A stretch of 64,000 nt of DNA. Source: an uncultured Acidobacteriota bacterium. GTDB lineage: Bacteria > Acidobacteriota > DATKUA01. Position 1 is the first letter of the stretch, and each line of letters starts with the position of its first letter. A program made the translations under genes and the position numbers. Positions 53,171 through 62,670 of the stretch are shown piece by piece. The notes beneath the pieces were generated by a model that was not told the origin of the DNA, made no database searches, and worked only from the letters and a program-made list of their open reading frames with translations. Location: contig CAYOXX010000002.1 in assembly GCA_964408025.1 (NCBI GenBank), positions 6,105 to 70,104 on the forward strand, read 5' to 3'.

Positions 53171-53255
53171 TAATAGTGCAAATTGATTTAAGGCATTTTT
53201 ACTCTGATCGTCCGGCATTTCCAAACCGGACATCGAACAACAGGAGGAAACATTA

Positions 53256-56200
53256 ATGAAAGCAAAAGTGCTGGCGCTGGTGAGCGCTCTACTACTCATC
53301 AGCACAGGAGCAATCGCACAGGAGCTGACCGGCGCGGTTCTCGGCATCGTCACCAACGTTGACGGCGCGGTGATCACCGGCGTCTCGGTGACGGCTTCGT
53401 CACCTTCCCTGATCAGGGACATGGTATCGACCACCAATGACAGGGGCGTCTATATCTTCCACGCATTGCCGCCCGGCACCTACACGCTCACCTTCGCGGC
53501 CGATCAGTATAGGACCACCGCGGTGGAAGATATCTCGATCGTCGTCGGTATCCAACTGCGCGTCAACGCCACCCTGGAGACCGGCGAAGTTGGCGAGGCG
53601 ATAATCGTCCTCACCGGCGAGGCCCCCATGATCGACGTCAGGAGCACAGACACCGGCATGACAATCACCCGGGAGATGTTCGAGCACATTCCCAGGGGGC
53701 GCAACTTCGAATCGGTTGTCGTGCTCGCTCCGGGCGCCAACGCTGAGAACGACCTCGGCGCCGGCATCATGATCGACGGCGCCAGCTCGGCCGAGAACAT
53801 CTGGGTAATCGACGGCGTCGATGTCTCCGACCTCTACACCGGCCAGGCCGACCAGACCGCCGTATTCGAGTTCGTTGAGGAGGTCCAGGTCCGCAGCGGC
53901 GGCTACGAGGCCGAGTTCGGCGGCTCGATGGGCGGCGTGGTCAACGTCATCACCCGCTCGGGCGGCAACGAGTTCCACGGCGAAGGTACTTTCTACTACA
54001 CAGCCGACTGGCTCAATGCCGGCGAGCGCCGCACACTGCGGCTCAACCCACTGGATGCCAGCCAGGCTGAGTACATCACCTACGACCAGGATGCCTTCAC
54101 CCGCTACGAGCTCGGCGGCGGCATCGGCGGTTACGTCATGAGGGACCGCATCTGGTTCTTCGGCAGCTACCTGCCGGTGTTCCACGACATCACGCGCACC
54201 ATAGGCTGGCGCGATACCAACAACGTCGTCACCAGCACCGAGGACTTTACGCGTGAGATAAGGCGCCACCAGTTCTCCGGCAAGGTCACCGCGCAGTTGA
54301 CCAGCAGGCTGCGCGCCACCGGCAGCTACACCAACGACTGGTACCGCCAATTGGGAGGCATGCCGGACCGCAACGGCTTCGGCAATCCGGATTTCACCTG
54401 GGATGAGCAGGGCAACACCTACCCCGGCTGGAACATGGCCGCCAGCGCTGACTACCTGTTCAGCGACAACCTCTACGCCAACTTCAGGGGCGGCTACCAC
54501 CAAAGCAACAATATGCAGGTCGGCGGTCCCAACAGCGTTTATTGGCGCCACTACGGCGACGGCATGCTCGTCTTCGACGTCTCGTCCGTGCCCGCGCAGT
54601 ACCAGGTGCCCTACGGCTGGAACTCCTACGGCTACTATGACCAATTCATCACCAAAAAGGACCTGCACGAGAAACAGAACTGGAGCGGCGACCTGACCCT
54701 CTTCACGGAGATGGGCGGCAGCCACATGTTCAAGGGCGGCGCGCAGTACTACCGCATCTCCCAGGACGTCGACAACACCGCCAAGTACGACTACATCCTC
54801 TTCCGGTGGAACCAGGACTGCGCCTATCATCGCTTCACACCCGGTATCACGAGGGGCACGTACGGCTACTACGAGGCTCGCTGCGCTCACCCCGGCGGCT
54901 ACGGCACCGTGGCCAACATCTCCAGCGCCCGCTGGGCCCTCTTCTTCCAGGACAGTTGGAGCATCACGCCGCGCCTGACGATCAACGCCGGCGTGCGCGC
55001 CGAGAAGGAGGACATCCCCTCGTTCAGCGACATACCCGAGTACATGTACCCGCCGGTCCAGTTCGGCTTCGCCGACAAGGTCTCACCACGTATCGGCTTC
55101 GCCTACGACTTCTTCGGCGACGGCCGCCTCAAGCTCTACGGCAGCTACGGCGTCTACTACGACGTCATGAAGCTGGAGATGGCCGAGGGCTCCTATGGTG
55201 GCTTCAAGTGGCAGACGCGCTACTTCACGCTCGACACACTCGAGTGGTGGACGATCGGCGGCGACCAGACCACCGGACCCTTCCCTCGCGGCCCCCAGTA
55301 TCGCGGTACCGCGATGGACCACCGCGACTGGCGCATACCCTCGTTTGACTCCACCGACGAGAACCTGATGCCGACCGCCTCGCGCGAGTTCATCATCGGC
55401 GCCGACTACCAGCTCTCCGACAACATGGCCGTCAACGTCCGCTTCGTTCACAATCGCCTGATGCGCACCATCGAGGACGTCGGCGTGATGACCGCCGAAG
55501 GCGAGTTGTACTACACCACCAACCCCGGCTTCGGCTGGTCGATCTCCAGGCTCTCGCCCACCGCGGCGCCGTGCCCGCCCGCCATCCGCCACTACTGGGC
55601 CGTCGAGATGCGCCTCATGAGGCGCTTCGCCGACAACTGGCAGGCCGGCGGCAACCTGACCATCAGCCGCCTGACCGGCAACTACGCCGGCCTGGCGAGC
55701 ACCGACGAGCAGGGCCGCCTGAGCCCCAACGTCGAGCGCTACTTCGACTGGTGGATGCTCAGCTACGACGCCAACTGGAACATCATCAACGGGCCCATGC
55801 CGACCGACCGCCGCTACGTGCTGAAGCTGTACGGCTCCTACTCGTTCGACTGGGGCCTGACGGTCGGCCTCTACCAGACCGTCATGGACGGCACGCCGCA
55901 ACAGACCGACTTCACCATCATGTCGATGGACGGCTGGTACCCGAATAACCGCAACGACCTGGGCCGCTCGCCCAACTTGTGGCAGACCGACCTCTACGTC
56001 GAGTACAACTTCCACCTCGGCGACTACCGCGCGCAGCTCAACGTCAACGTCATCAACCTCCTCGACCAGAAGACCTCTTTGCGGCAGTTCCACTGGTACA
56101 ACCGGAACAACCCCAGCTTCGGCGAAGCCGCCCTAGAAGCGCTCTACAACTCCGGCACGCCGTTCAACTGGCAGGCGCTCGCCGGTCCGGGCGACATCGA

Positions 56201-56273
56201 CGCGCGCTTCGGCATGGATTATCGCTTCATGGGTCCGCGCACGATCCGCATCGGGCTCAAGTTCTTCTTCTAA
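53256..56273 (+). CDS. TonB-dependent receptor, Oar-like, with N-terminal carboxypeptidase-regulatory-like domain
   Basis: Signal peptide, LPPGTYTL, plug motif EEVQV..GGYEAEFG..GGVVNVITRSG, FFQDSWSITPRLTINAGVR, C-terminal F. Confidence 0.92.
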   Translation: MKAKVLALVSALLLISTGAIAQELTGAVLGIVTNVDGAVITGVSVTASSPSLIRDMVSTTNDRGVYIFHALPPGTYTLTFAADQYRTTAVEDISIVVGIQLRVNATLETGEVGEAIIVLTGEAPMIDVRSTDTGMTITREMFEHIPRGRNFESVVVLAPGANAENDLGAGIMIDGASSAENIWVIDGVDVSDLYTGQADQTAVFEFVEEVQVRSGGYEAEFGGSMGGVVNVITRSGGNEFHGEGTFYYTADWLNAGERRTLRLNPLDASQAEYITYDQDAFTRYELGGGIGGYVMRDRIWFFGSYLPVFHDITRTIGWRDTNNVVTSTEDFTREIRRHQFSGKVTAQLTSRLRATGSYTNDWYRQLGGMPDRNGFGNPDFTWDEQGNTYPGWNMAASADYLFSDNLYANFRGGYHQSNNMQVGGPNSVYWRHYGDGMLVFDVSSVPAQYQVPYGWNSYGYYDQFITKKDLHEKQNWSGDLTLFTEMGGSHMFKGGAQYYRISQDVDNTAKYDYILFRWNQDCAYHRFTPGITRGTYGYYEARCAHPGGYGTVANISSARWALFFQDSWSITPRLTINAGVRAEKEDIPSFSDIPEYMYPPVQFGFADKVSPRIGFAYDFFGDGRLKLYGSYGVYYDVMKLEMAEGSYGGFKWQTRYFTLDTLEWWTIGGDQTTGPFPRGPQYRGTAMDHRDWRIPSFDSTDENLMPTASREFIIGADYQLSDNMAVNVRFVHNRLMRTIEDVGVMTAEGELYYTTNPGFGWSISRLSPTAAPCPPAIRHYWAVEMRLMRRFADNWQAGGNLTISRLTGNYAGLASTDEQGRLSPNVERYFDWWMLSYDANWNIINGPMPTDRRYVLKLYGSYSFDWGLTVGLYQTVMDGTPQQTDFTIMSMDGWYPNNRNDLGRSPNLWQTDLYVEYNFHLGDYRAQLNVNVINLLDQKTSLRQFHWYNRNNPSFGEAALEALYNSGTPFNWQALAGPGDIDARFGMDYRFMGPRTIRIGLKFFF

Positions 56274-56291
56274 TCCGAAACCGCTCTCGAA

Positions 56292-56328
56292 AAGGGTGGG
56301 GTGCCACGGCACCCCACCCTTCTTCTTT
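56292..56328 (+). terminator. Intrinsic terminator after receptor 1
   Basis: AAGGGTGGGGTGCC-ac-GGCACCCCACCCTT then CTTCTTT. Confidence 0.85.
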
Positions 56329-56544
56329 CAGCCAAGGGTATGCCTCCACCGGCATCGCATCACGACACCCTGTTTCCACGCCCAAGACCGAAATAATCCC
56401 CTTCGTACTTCCGAAAACTCCAGGACATCATGCGTCCGCATATCCAGCCCCATTCATCTCCGCCGCAATGATAGACGGCCAGACCGTCAATTTTTTTGAA
56501 TGATATCCAATATTTAGAATCGACAAGTGTGAAAACCGCACCCG

Positions 56545-56610
56545 TAAGTGCCTGAATATAAAAGATGTTATAGATTCAGCTCGATCTTACAAATTGGCAC
56601 AGCACTTGCG
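56545..56610 (+). promoter_or_regulatory. IHF-like site plus sigma54 (-24/-12) promoter, copy 2
   Basis: TTGGCACAGCACTTGCG (56594-56610), near consensus; TAAGTGCCTGAATATAAAAGATGTTA at 56545. Confidence 0.7.
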
Positions 56611-56801
56611 CAGAATATTATCTGTCTATATTAGACGTGCCTAGATAATGCAAGGTAATAAGGTGATTTATATTATCCATATAACAGATATCTGCTTAGG
56701 ATGTTCAATATCTATGTGGTTATCGGCCCCTTGATCAGGGGCCTGTTTTATTTTAGGCAAGGGGTTGCATTAGGCAAAAGAAACAAAATTGTATCCCGCC
56801 T

Positions 56802-56900
56802 ATTTGTGACCTCCACAAAACAAAGCCGATTTAGAGGCTGCGCACGCGCGCAGCTCCATCGGCCCGCAGGAGGGAGGTGATAAACGGCAAAGATCGACAT
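56802..56900 (+). ncRNA. Putative structured 5' leader RNA, copy 2
   Basis: Nested stems ACCTCC/GGAGGT, GCCGAT/ATCGGC and GCTGCGC-acgc-GCGCAGC. Confidence 0.55.
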
Positions 56901-56979
56901 TGTAGTAGAAGGGAGTTTAAAGCGTTTTCTTTCCATTCGGTATCTTGAAACCAGACACCGAAAACATGGAGGAACCATA

Positions 56980-59900
56980 ATGAAAGCAAAAGTGCTAATG
57001 CTGGTGAGCGCACTACTGCTCATCGGCACGGTAGCAATCGCACAAGATCAGAACGGCTCGATTCTCGGCGTCGTCACCAACGTCGACGGCGCGGTGATCA
57101 CCGGCGCCACGGTGACGGCCTCGTCTCCCGCCCTGATCAGGGACATGGTGACGACCACCAACGAGCGGGGCGTCTACATCTTCCCCGCACTGCCGCCCGG
57201 CACCTACACGCTCACCTTCGAGGCTGACCAGTACAGGACTACCGAGTTGGCCGACATCACCGTGCTGGTCGGAATCCAACTTCGAGTTAACGCCACCATG
57301 GAAACCGGCGAACTCGGCGAGGCGGTAATCACCGTCACCGGCGAGACCCCCTTGATCGACGTCAGGAGTACGGACACCGGTATGAACATCAACCGCGATC
57401 TGTTCGTGCACCTGCCCAAGGGACGTAACTTCACCACCCTTCTAGCCATCGCTCCCGGCGCCAACAACGAGACAGACCTCGGCACCCCCGAGTACTCCGT
57501 AGCCAGTGAAGACCAAAACGAACTGGGCATCCAAGGAATCATGGTCGACGGCGCCAGCGCGTGTGAGAACGTCTGGATCATCGACGGCGTTGACGTTACC
57601 CAAATCAGTGATGGCTTCAATGACCAGAACGCCGTATTTGAGTTCGTCGAGGAAGTCCAGGTTCGCAGCGGCGGCTACGAGGCCGAGTTCGGCGGCTCGA
57701 TGGGAGGCGTTATCAACGTCATCACCCGCTCCGGCGGCAACGAGTTCCACGGTGAGGGAACATTCTACTACAACGCCGACTGGCTGGATGGACCGCGACG
57801 CCGCGATCTACGGCTCAATCCAATAGATCCTACCCAGGCGGAATATATCACCTACGATAAAGACTCCTACACCCGCTATGAGGTCGGCGGAGGCATCGGC
57901 GGCTACGTCATGAGGGACCGCATCTGGTTCTTCGCCAGTTACCTGCCTACGTTCCGCGATATTGATCGAACTATCGGCTGGCGCGATGCCAACAACGTCG
58001 TCACCAGCTCCGGGGATTTCACGCGTAGCCATAGAGAACATCAATTCTCCGGCAAGGTCACCGCCCAATTAACCAGCAGGTTGCGAGTCAGTAGCAGCTA
58101 CACCAACGACTGGTACCAGCGCACGGGCTCCTTGCCCCCGCGCAGCGGCGTCGGCAACCAAGATTTCACCTGGGCCGATCAAGGCCAAACATTCCCCGGC
58201 TGGAACGTGTCGGCAAATGTTGACTATTTTCTAAGCGACAGCCTCTTCGCCAACTTCAAGGGCGGCTACCACCGCAGCGACAATGTGCAGAGCGGCGGTC
58301 CCAGCACACCGCGCTGGCGCCACTACGGCGACGGCATGCTCGTCTTCGACGTCTCGTCCGTGCCCGCGCAGTACAGAGTGCCCTACGGCTGGAACGCCTA
58401 CGGCTACGAAGATGGCTTCCTCACCAAAAGTGACCTGCACGAGAAACAGAACTGGAGCGGCGACCTGACCTACTTCACGGAGATGGGCGGCAGCCACATG
58501 TTCAAGGGCGGCGTGCAGTACTACCGCATCGCCCAGAACATCGACCAGACTTACAAGTACGACTACATCTACTTCAATTGGAACCAGGACTGCCCCTATC
58601 ATAACTTCACACCCGATATAACCCGGGGCACGTACGGCTACTATCAATCACGTGCCGGTCACCCCGGCGGCTACGGCACGGTTGCCGACACCTCCAGCGC
58701 CCGCTGGGCCCTCTTCCTTCAGGACAGCTGGAGCATCACGCCGCGCCTGACGATCAACGTCGGCGTGCGCGCCGAGAAGGAGGACATCCCCTCCTACAGC
58801 GACCTGCCGGAATACCAGTACAATCCGGTTGAGTTCGGCTTCGCCGACAAGGTCGCACCGCGCATCGGCATCGCTTACGACTTCTTCGGCGACGGCCGCC
58901 TCAAGATCTACGGCAGCTACGGCATGTATTACGACGTTATGAAGCTGGAGATGGCCGTTGGCTCCTACGGCGGCTTCAAGTGGCAGACGCGCTACTTCAC
59001 GCTCGACACACTCGAGTGGTGGACGATCGGCAGCGACCAGACCACCGGCCCCTGGCCTCGCGGCCCCGAGTATCCCGGTACCGTGATGGACCACCGCGAC
59101 TGGCGCATACCCTCGTTCGACACCACCGACACAGAACTGATGCCGACCGCCTCGCGCGAGTTCATCCTCGGCGCCGACTACCAGCTCTCCGAGAACATGG
59201 CCGTCAACGTCCGCTTCGTCCACAAGCGCCTGATTCGGACGATCGAGGACGTCGGCGTGATGGAAGAGGGCGGTGAGAGCTACTACACCACCAATCCCGG
59301 CTTCGGCTGGTCGATCTCCAAGCTCTCGCCCACCGCGGCGCCGTGCCCGCCCGCCATCCGCCACTACTGGGCAGTCGAGATGCGCCTCACAAAGCGCTTC
59401 TCCAACAACTGGCAGGCCGGCGGCAACCTGACCCTCAGCCGCCTGACCGGCAACTACGCCGGCCTGGGGAGCACCGACGAGCAGGGCCGCATGAGCCCCA
59501 ACGTCGAGCGCTACTTCGACTGGTGGCTGCTCAGCTACGACGCCAACTGGAACATCATCAACGGACCACTGCCGACCGACCGCCGCTACGCGCTGAAGCT
59601 GTTCGGCTCCTACTCGTTCGACTGGGGCCTGACGGTCGGCCTCTACCAGACCGTCATGGACGGAACGCCGCACCAGACCGACTTCCAAATCATGTCGATG
59701 GACGGCTGGTACCCGAATAACCGCAACGACATGGGCCGCTCACCCACCTTGTGGCAGACCGACCTCTATGCTGAGTACAACTTCCGCCTGGGCGACTACC
59801 GCGCGCAGATAAACGTCAACGTCATCAACCTCCTCGACCAGAAGATCGCGTACCGCTTCTGGAACTTCTACAACCGTAACAACCCCAGCTCCACCGACGC

Positions 59901-60048
59901 CTACCTCGAAGGACTGTACAATTCCGGCACGCCGTTCGACTGGCAGTCGCTCGCCGCCGATGCGAACGACCTCGATGCACGCTACGGCCAAGATTACCAC
60001 TTCCAGGCTCCGCGCTCGATCCGCATCGGGCTCAAGTTCTTCTTCTAA
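56980..60048 (+). CDS. TonB-dependent receptor, Oar-like, tandem paralog
   Basis: Same motifs as 53256-56273 with long identical stretches; ends IRIGLKFFF. Confidence 0.92.
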   Translation: MKAKVLMLVSALLLIGTVAIAQDQNGSILGVVTNVDGAVITGATVTASSPALIRDMVTTTNERGVYIFPALPPGTYTLTFEADQYRTTELADITVLVGIQLRVNATMETGELGEAVITVTGETPLIDVRSTDTGMNINRDLFVHLPKGRNFTTLLAIAPGANNETDLGTPEYSVASEDQNELGIQGIMVDGASACENVWIIDGVDVTQISDGFNDQNAVFEFVEEVQVRSGGYEAEFGGSMGGVINVITRSGGNEFHGEGTFYYNADWLDGPRRRDLRLNPIDPTQAEYITYDKDSYTRYEVGGGIGGYVMRDRIWFFASYLPTFRDIDRTIGWRDANNVVTSSGDFTRSHREHQFSGKVTAQLTSRLRVSSSYTNDWYQRTGSLPPRSGVGNQDFTWADQGQTFPGWNVSANVDYFLSDSLFANFKGGYHRSDNVQSGGPSTPRWRHYGDGMLVFDVSSVPAQYRVPYGWNAYGYEDGFLTKSDLHEKQNWSGDLTYFTEMGGSHMFKGGVQYYRIAQNIDQTYKYDYIYFNWNQDCPYHNFTPDITRGTYGYYQSRAGHPGGYGTVADTSSARWALFLQDSWSITPRLTINVGVRAEKEDIPSYSDLPEYQYNPVEFGFADKVAPRIGIAYDFFGDGRLKIYGSYGMYYDVMKLEMAVGSYGGFKWQTRYFTLDTLEWWTIGSDQTTGPWPRGPEYPGTVMDHRDWRIPSFDTTDTELMPTASREFILGADYQLSENMAVNVRFVHKRLIRTIEDVGVMEEGGESYYTTNPGFGWSISKLSPTAAPCPPAIRHYWAVEMRLTKRFSNNWQAGGNLTLSRLTGNYAGLGSTDEQGRMSPNVERYFDWWLLSYDANWNIINGPLPTDRRYALKLFGSYSFDWGLTVGLYQTVMDGTPHQTDFQIMSMDGWYPNNRNDMGRSPTLWQTDLYAEYNFRLGDYRAQINVNVINLLDQKIAYRFWNFYNRNNPSSTDAYLEGLYNSGTPFDWQSLAADANDLDARYGQDYHFQAPRSIRIGLKFFF

Positions 60049-60066
60049 TTCGAAACCGTTCGCAAG

Positions 60067-60099
60067 AAGGGCGGGGTGCCACCGCACCCCGCCCTTTTT
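60067..60099 (+). terminator. Intrinsic terminator after receptor 2
   Basis: AAGGGCGGGGTGC-cacc-GCACCCCGCCCTTTTT; compensatory T-A to C-G change relative to the first terminator. Confidence 0.88.
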
Positions 60100-60223
60100 C
60101 TCGTCCCGGAATTGGCCGAAATACAACAACAATAGTAACGAAGAATACGGAAGGGCCGGCCGCGGGTGTGCTATACAAGCTTTTGAATGTTGTGGCCTTG
60201 TTGAATGGTCCAATCAATAACCG

Positions 60224-60247
60224 GTAGGACAGACATTCTTGTCTGTC
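60224..60247 (+). repeat. GTAG-capped perfect hairpin, REP-like
   Basis: GTAG-GACAGACA-ttct-TGTCTGTC. Confidence 0.5.
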
Positions 60248-60360
60248 GACGGAGCGAAGCCCCGATAATGACTTTCTACACAGTCGTCACAAACCTACGA
60301 TTCTGTCGAGAACCGTTATAGTAAGTTATGATGTCTTGGTCTGCCGAGTCGGAGGACGCC

Positions 60361-62535
60361 ATGAAAAAGCTAACACTAGCCATAACTCTCGGGGCCTTGC
60401 TGATCTGCCTCGCAGCCGCGCACGCCCAGGAAGAGCAGCGCGCCGAGCGGAGGATGCCGGAGTTCGAAAGGTTAGTACAGGTCAACCTGGTGCTGCTGGA
60501 CATCATCGTCACCGACGGCGACGGAAACTACGTTCCGGGGCTGACCACGGAGGACTTCGAGGTCTTCGAAAACGGCCGGCCTGTCACCGTCGCCGCCGTG
60601 GACGAGTACTTCCTGGCAGACGAAGAAGCCGAGGCGGTCGGCGGGCGCACGCTCTACGACTCCCCGCCCCGCAATGTCATCTTCATCCTCGACAAGTTCT
60701 TCTCCAGCTCCTACGCCATCGCCCGCGGCAAGGAGGCGATAATCGAGTTCATCCGCAACAACCTGCAGCCCGGCGACCGCGGGATGATCCTCACCTACGA
60801 GCGGAGGTTCAGGGTCGTCCAGGAGTTGACCACCGACCACCGCCTGCTGGAGATGGCGGTCTTGGGCCTGCAGACGATGAGCCTATCGGCCGACACCCCC
60901 GAGGTGCAGATGAGCGTCGGGTCCGACGCCGACGCCGAGTCGCTATCGGAGGGCACAGCGATCTCCAATGAAAATCCCTTTTCGAACCCGGTAGATCCAT
61001 TCAAGAACGTCTGGATGCAGCACCAGATCCGCATGTTCCTGGAGAAACTCCAGCTGCTGTCTAGATTTCTGAGAAGCATGCCGGGGCGCAAGACAGTAAT
61101 CCTGATGAGCGAAGGCTACGACGAGCGCTTCATCGTCGAAAACACGCTCTCCCGTTACCGCAACTACGACCTGCTGGCGACACTGGACGACGCACAGGCG
61201 GCGAGCGAAGCGATGATGAGCGACCCCTCGGGGCGCCAGCTCGACACGCCGCTGATCGCCATCTTCAACGACATGGTCCGTTCGATCAACGACGCCAGCA
61301 CATCCTTCTACGTCGTCGACCTCTCCAGCTTCGGCGGCGAGCGGGCGCGCGCCGACCAGTTCCACCAGCAGAGCTCGATGCAGCGGATCGACTACAACAC
61401 CCAGCGCCTCAACTCGCTGGCCTCGATTGCGGATAACTCCGGCGGCAGGCTCTACAGCGGCTCCGACCTGAGCGGCATCCTGGGCGAGATCAACAACGAC
61501 ATCAGCAACTACTACATAATCAGCTACTTCACCCCCGACGAAAGCACCGAAGGCCGCTTCCGCAGGGTCGAGGTGCGGCCCGCCAACAGCGCCTTCTCCG
61601 TCCGCACGCGGCGAGGCTACTTCGAGCCGCGGAGCTTCGAAAGGATGGACGGGCGGGATCGCCTCCTCCACCTCGTCGAGGGCATGTTCCGCGCGGCGCC
61701 GGCGAGCGACCTGACCGCAAGCTCCTCGATCTTCTTCCTGCCGCTGCAACCCAACACCGTCGTCGCCTCGCTGGCTATCGAGATACCTGCCGACCAGCTA
61801 AGCGGGGGGGGCGACCAGAGCATCGAGCTGATAGGAACAGCAGAGGACCAGTTCCAGCGACGCCTGGACGCCTTCCACAAGGTGATCGACTACGGGGACC
61901 AACTGGAGGAGATCCGGGCCGACGGCTGCTTCCGCCTCAAGGTACCGATGCTGCTGAGCGGCGGCTTCAACCGTGTGCGCGTCACCGTCCGCGACAACAG
62001 CACCGGCAGGAGGTACTACGTATTCGACGAGTACATCACCTGGGGCGCGCAGCCGGACTCGGTCTTCATCAGCTCCATCGCGCTCTTCGACGAGGACGAG
62101 CACCGCTCGAGCACCGAGAAGTACGACTTGCGGGTGAATGACCGCGGCGAGGAGACCGGCTTCTCCGGCCGCAACGTGCCCGACCCCCTGCGCATCACCG
62201 TCGGCAGGCCGATCTTCCCACTTCTCGATTTGACCTTCTCGCGCCAGGACCAGCCGGTTGTTTTCTTCAGCGCCGGCAACTTCTGGCTGGACGAGGAGAC
62301 CGGCGAGGTCGATTTCTTCATCGACTACAACGTAATCAACCCCGCGGGGGAGGAGATCATAGTCCCGGTCGACAGAGAGCAACTGTTCCCCATACCCGGA
62401 ACCAGCCGCATAAACGTCATCTCGCGGCTGGTGCTCAGCGACATGGAGCCCGGCGAATACAGGTTCCGCGTCCGCTTCCTCGACCGACGCACGCTTCAAG
62501 GTGTGCAGCGGGAGCTGCCGATCACCATCCGCTGA
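60361..62535 (+). CDS. Secreted VWFA-related acidobacterial domain protein
   Basis: Signal peptide; VNLVLLDIIVTD.DG..V.GLT.EDFEVFENG, PGRKTVILMSEG, LASIADNSGG, YYIISY, VRTRRGYF. Confidence 0.85.
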   Translation: MKKLTLAITLGALLICLAAAHAQEEQRAERRMPEFERLVQVNLVLLDIIVTDGDGNYVPGLTTEDFEVFENGRPVTVAAVDEYFLADEEAEAVGGRTLYDSPPRNVIFILDKFFSSSYAIARGKEAIIEFIRNNLQPGDRGMILTYERRFRVVQELTTDHRLLEMAVLGLQTMSLSADTPEVQMSVGSDADAESLSEGTAISNENPFSNPVDPFKNVWMQHQIRMFLEKLQLLSRFLRSMPGRKTVILMSEGYDERFIVENTLSRYRNYDLLATLDDAQAASEAMMSDPSGRQLDTPLIAIFNDMVRSINDASTSFYVVDLSSFGGERARADQFHQQSSMQRIDYNTQRLNSLASIADNSGGRLYSGSDLSGILGEINNDISNYYIISYFTPDESTEGRFRRVEVRPANSAFSVRTRRGYFEPRSFERMDGRDRLLHLVEGMFRAAPASDLTASSSIFFLPLQPNTVVASLAIEIPADQLSGGGDQSIELIGTAEDQFQRRLDAFHKVIDYGDQLEEIRADGCFRLKVPMLLSGGFNRVRVTVRDNSTGRRYYVFDEYITWGAQPDSVFISSIALFDEDEHRSSTEKYDLRVNDRGEETGFSGRNVPDPLRITVGRPIFPLLDLTFSRQDQPVVFFSAGNFWLDEETGEVDFFIDYNVINPAGEEIIVPVDREQLFPIPGTSRINVISRLVLSDMEPGEYRFRVRFLDRRTLQGVQRELPITIR

Positions 62536-62670
62536 CGCCGACCGTAACCGTAGGCGCGAAGCCGTTGACATCAGCTGCGCCGCAACGTCTCGATGTACGC
62601 GTAGGAAATCGCAAGCAATCCGCACGCGAAGCTGGCAGCTGAGCCCTTGTAATGATAGGATAGCGCCGCT

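Noticed and set aside
53030-53255. Cobalamin, TPP or c-di-GMP riboswitch upstream of the TonB receptors
   Set aside because: I could not find the B12 box, CUGAGA or GEMM core motifs by eye. An Rfam scan is still needed.
53154-53255. Two in-frame TGA codons upstream of receptor 1 as selenocysteine or readthrough
   Set aside because: Not conserved in copy 2, no SECIS-like hairpin recognised, and the gene has its own RBS and signal peptide.
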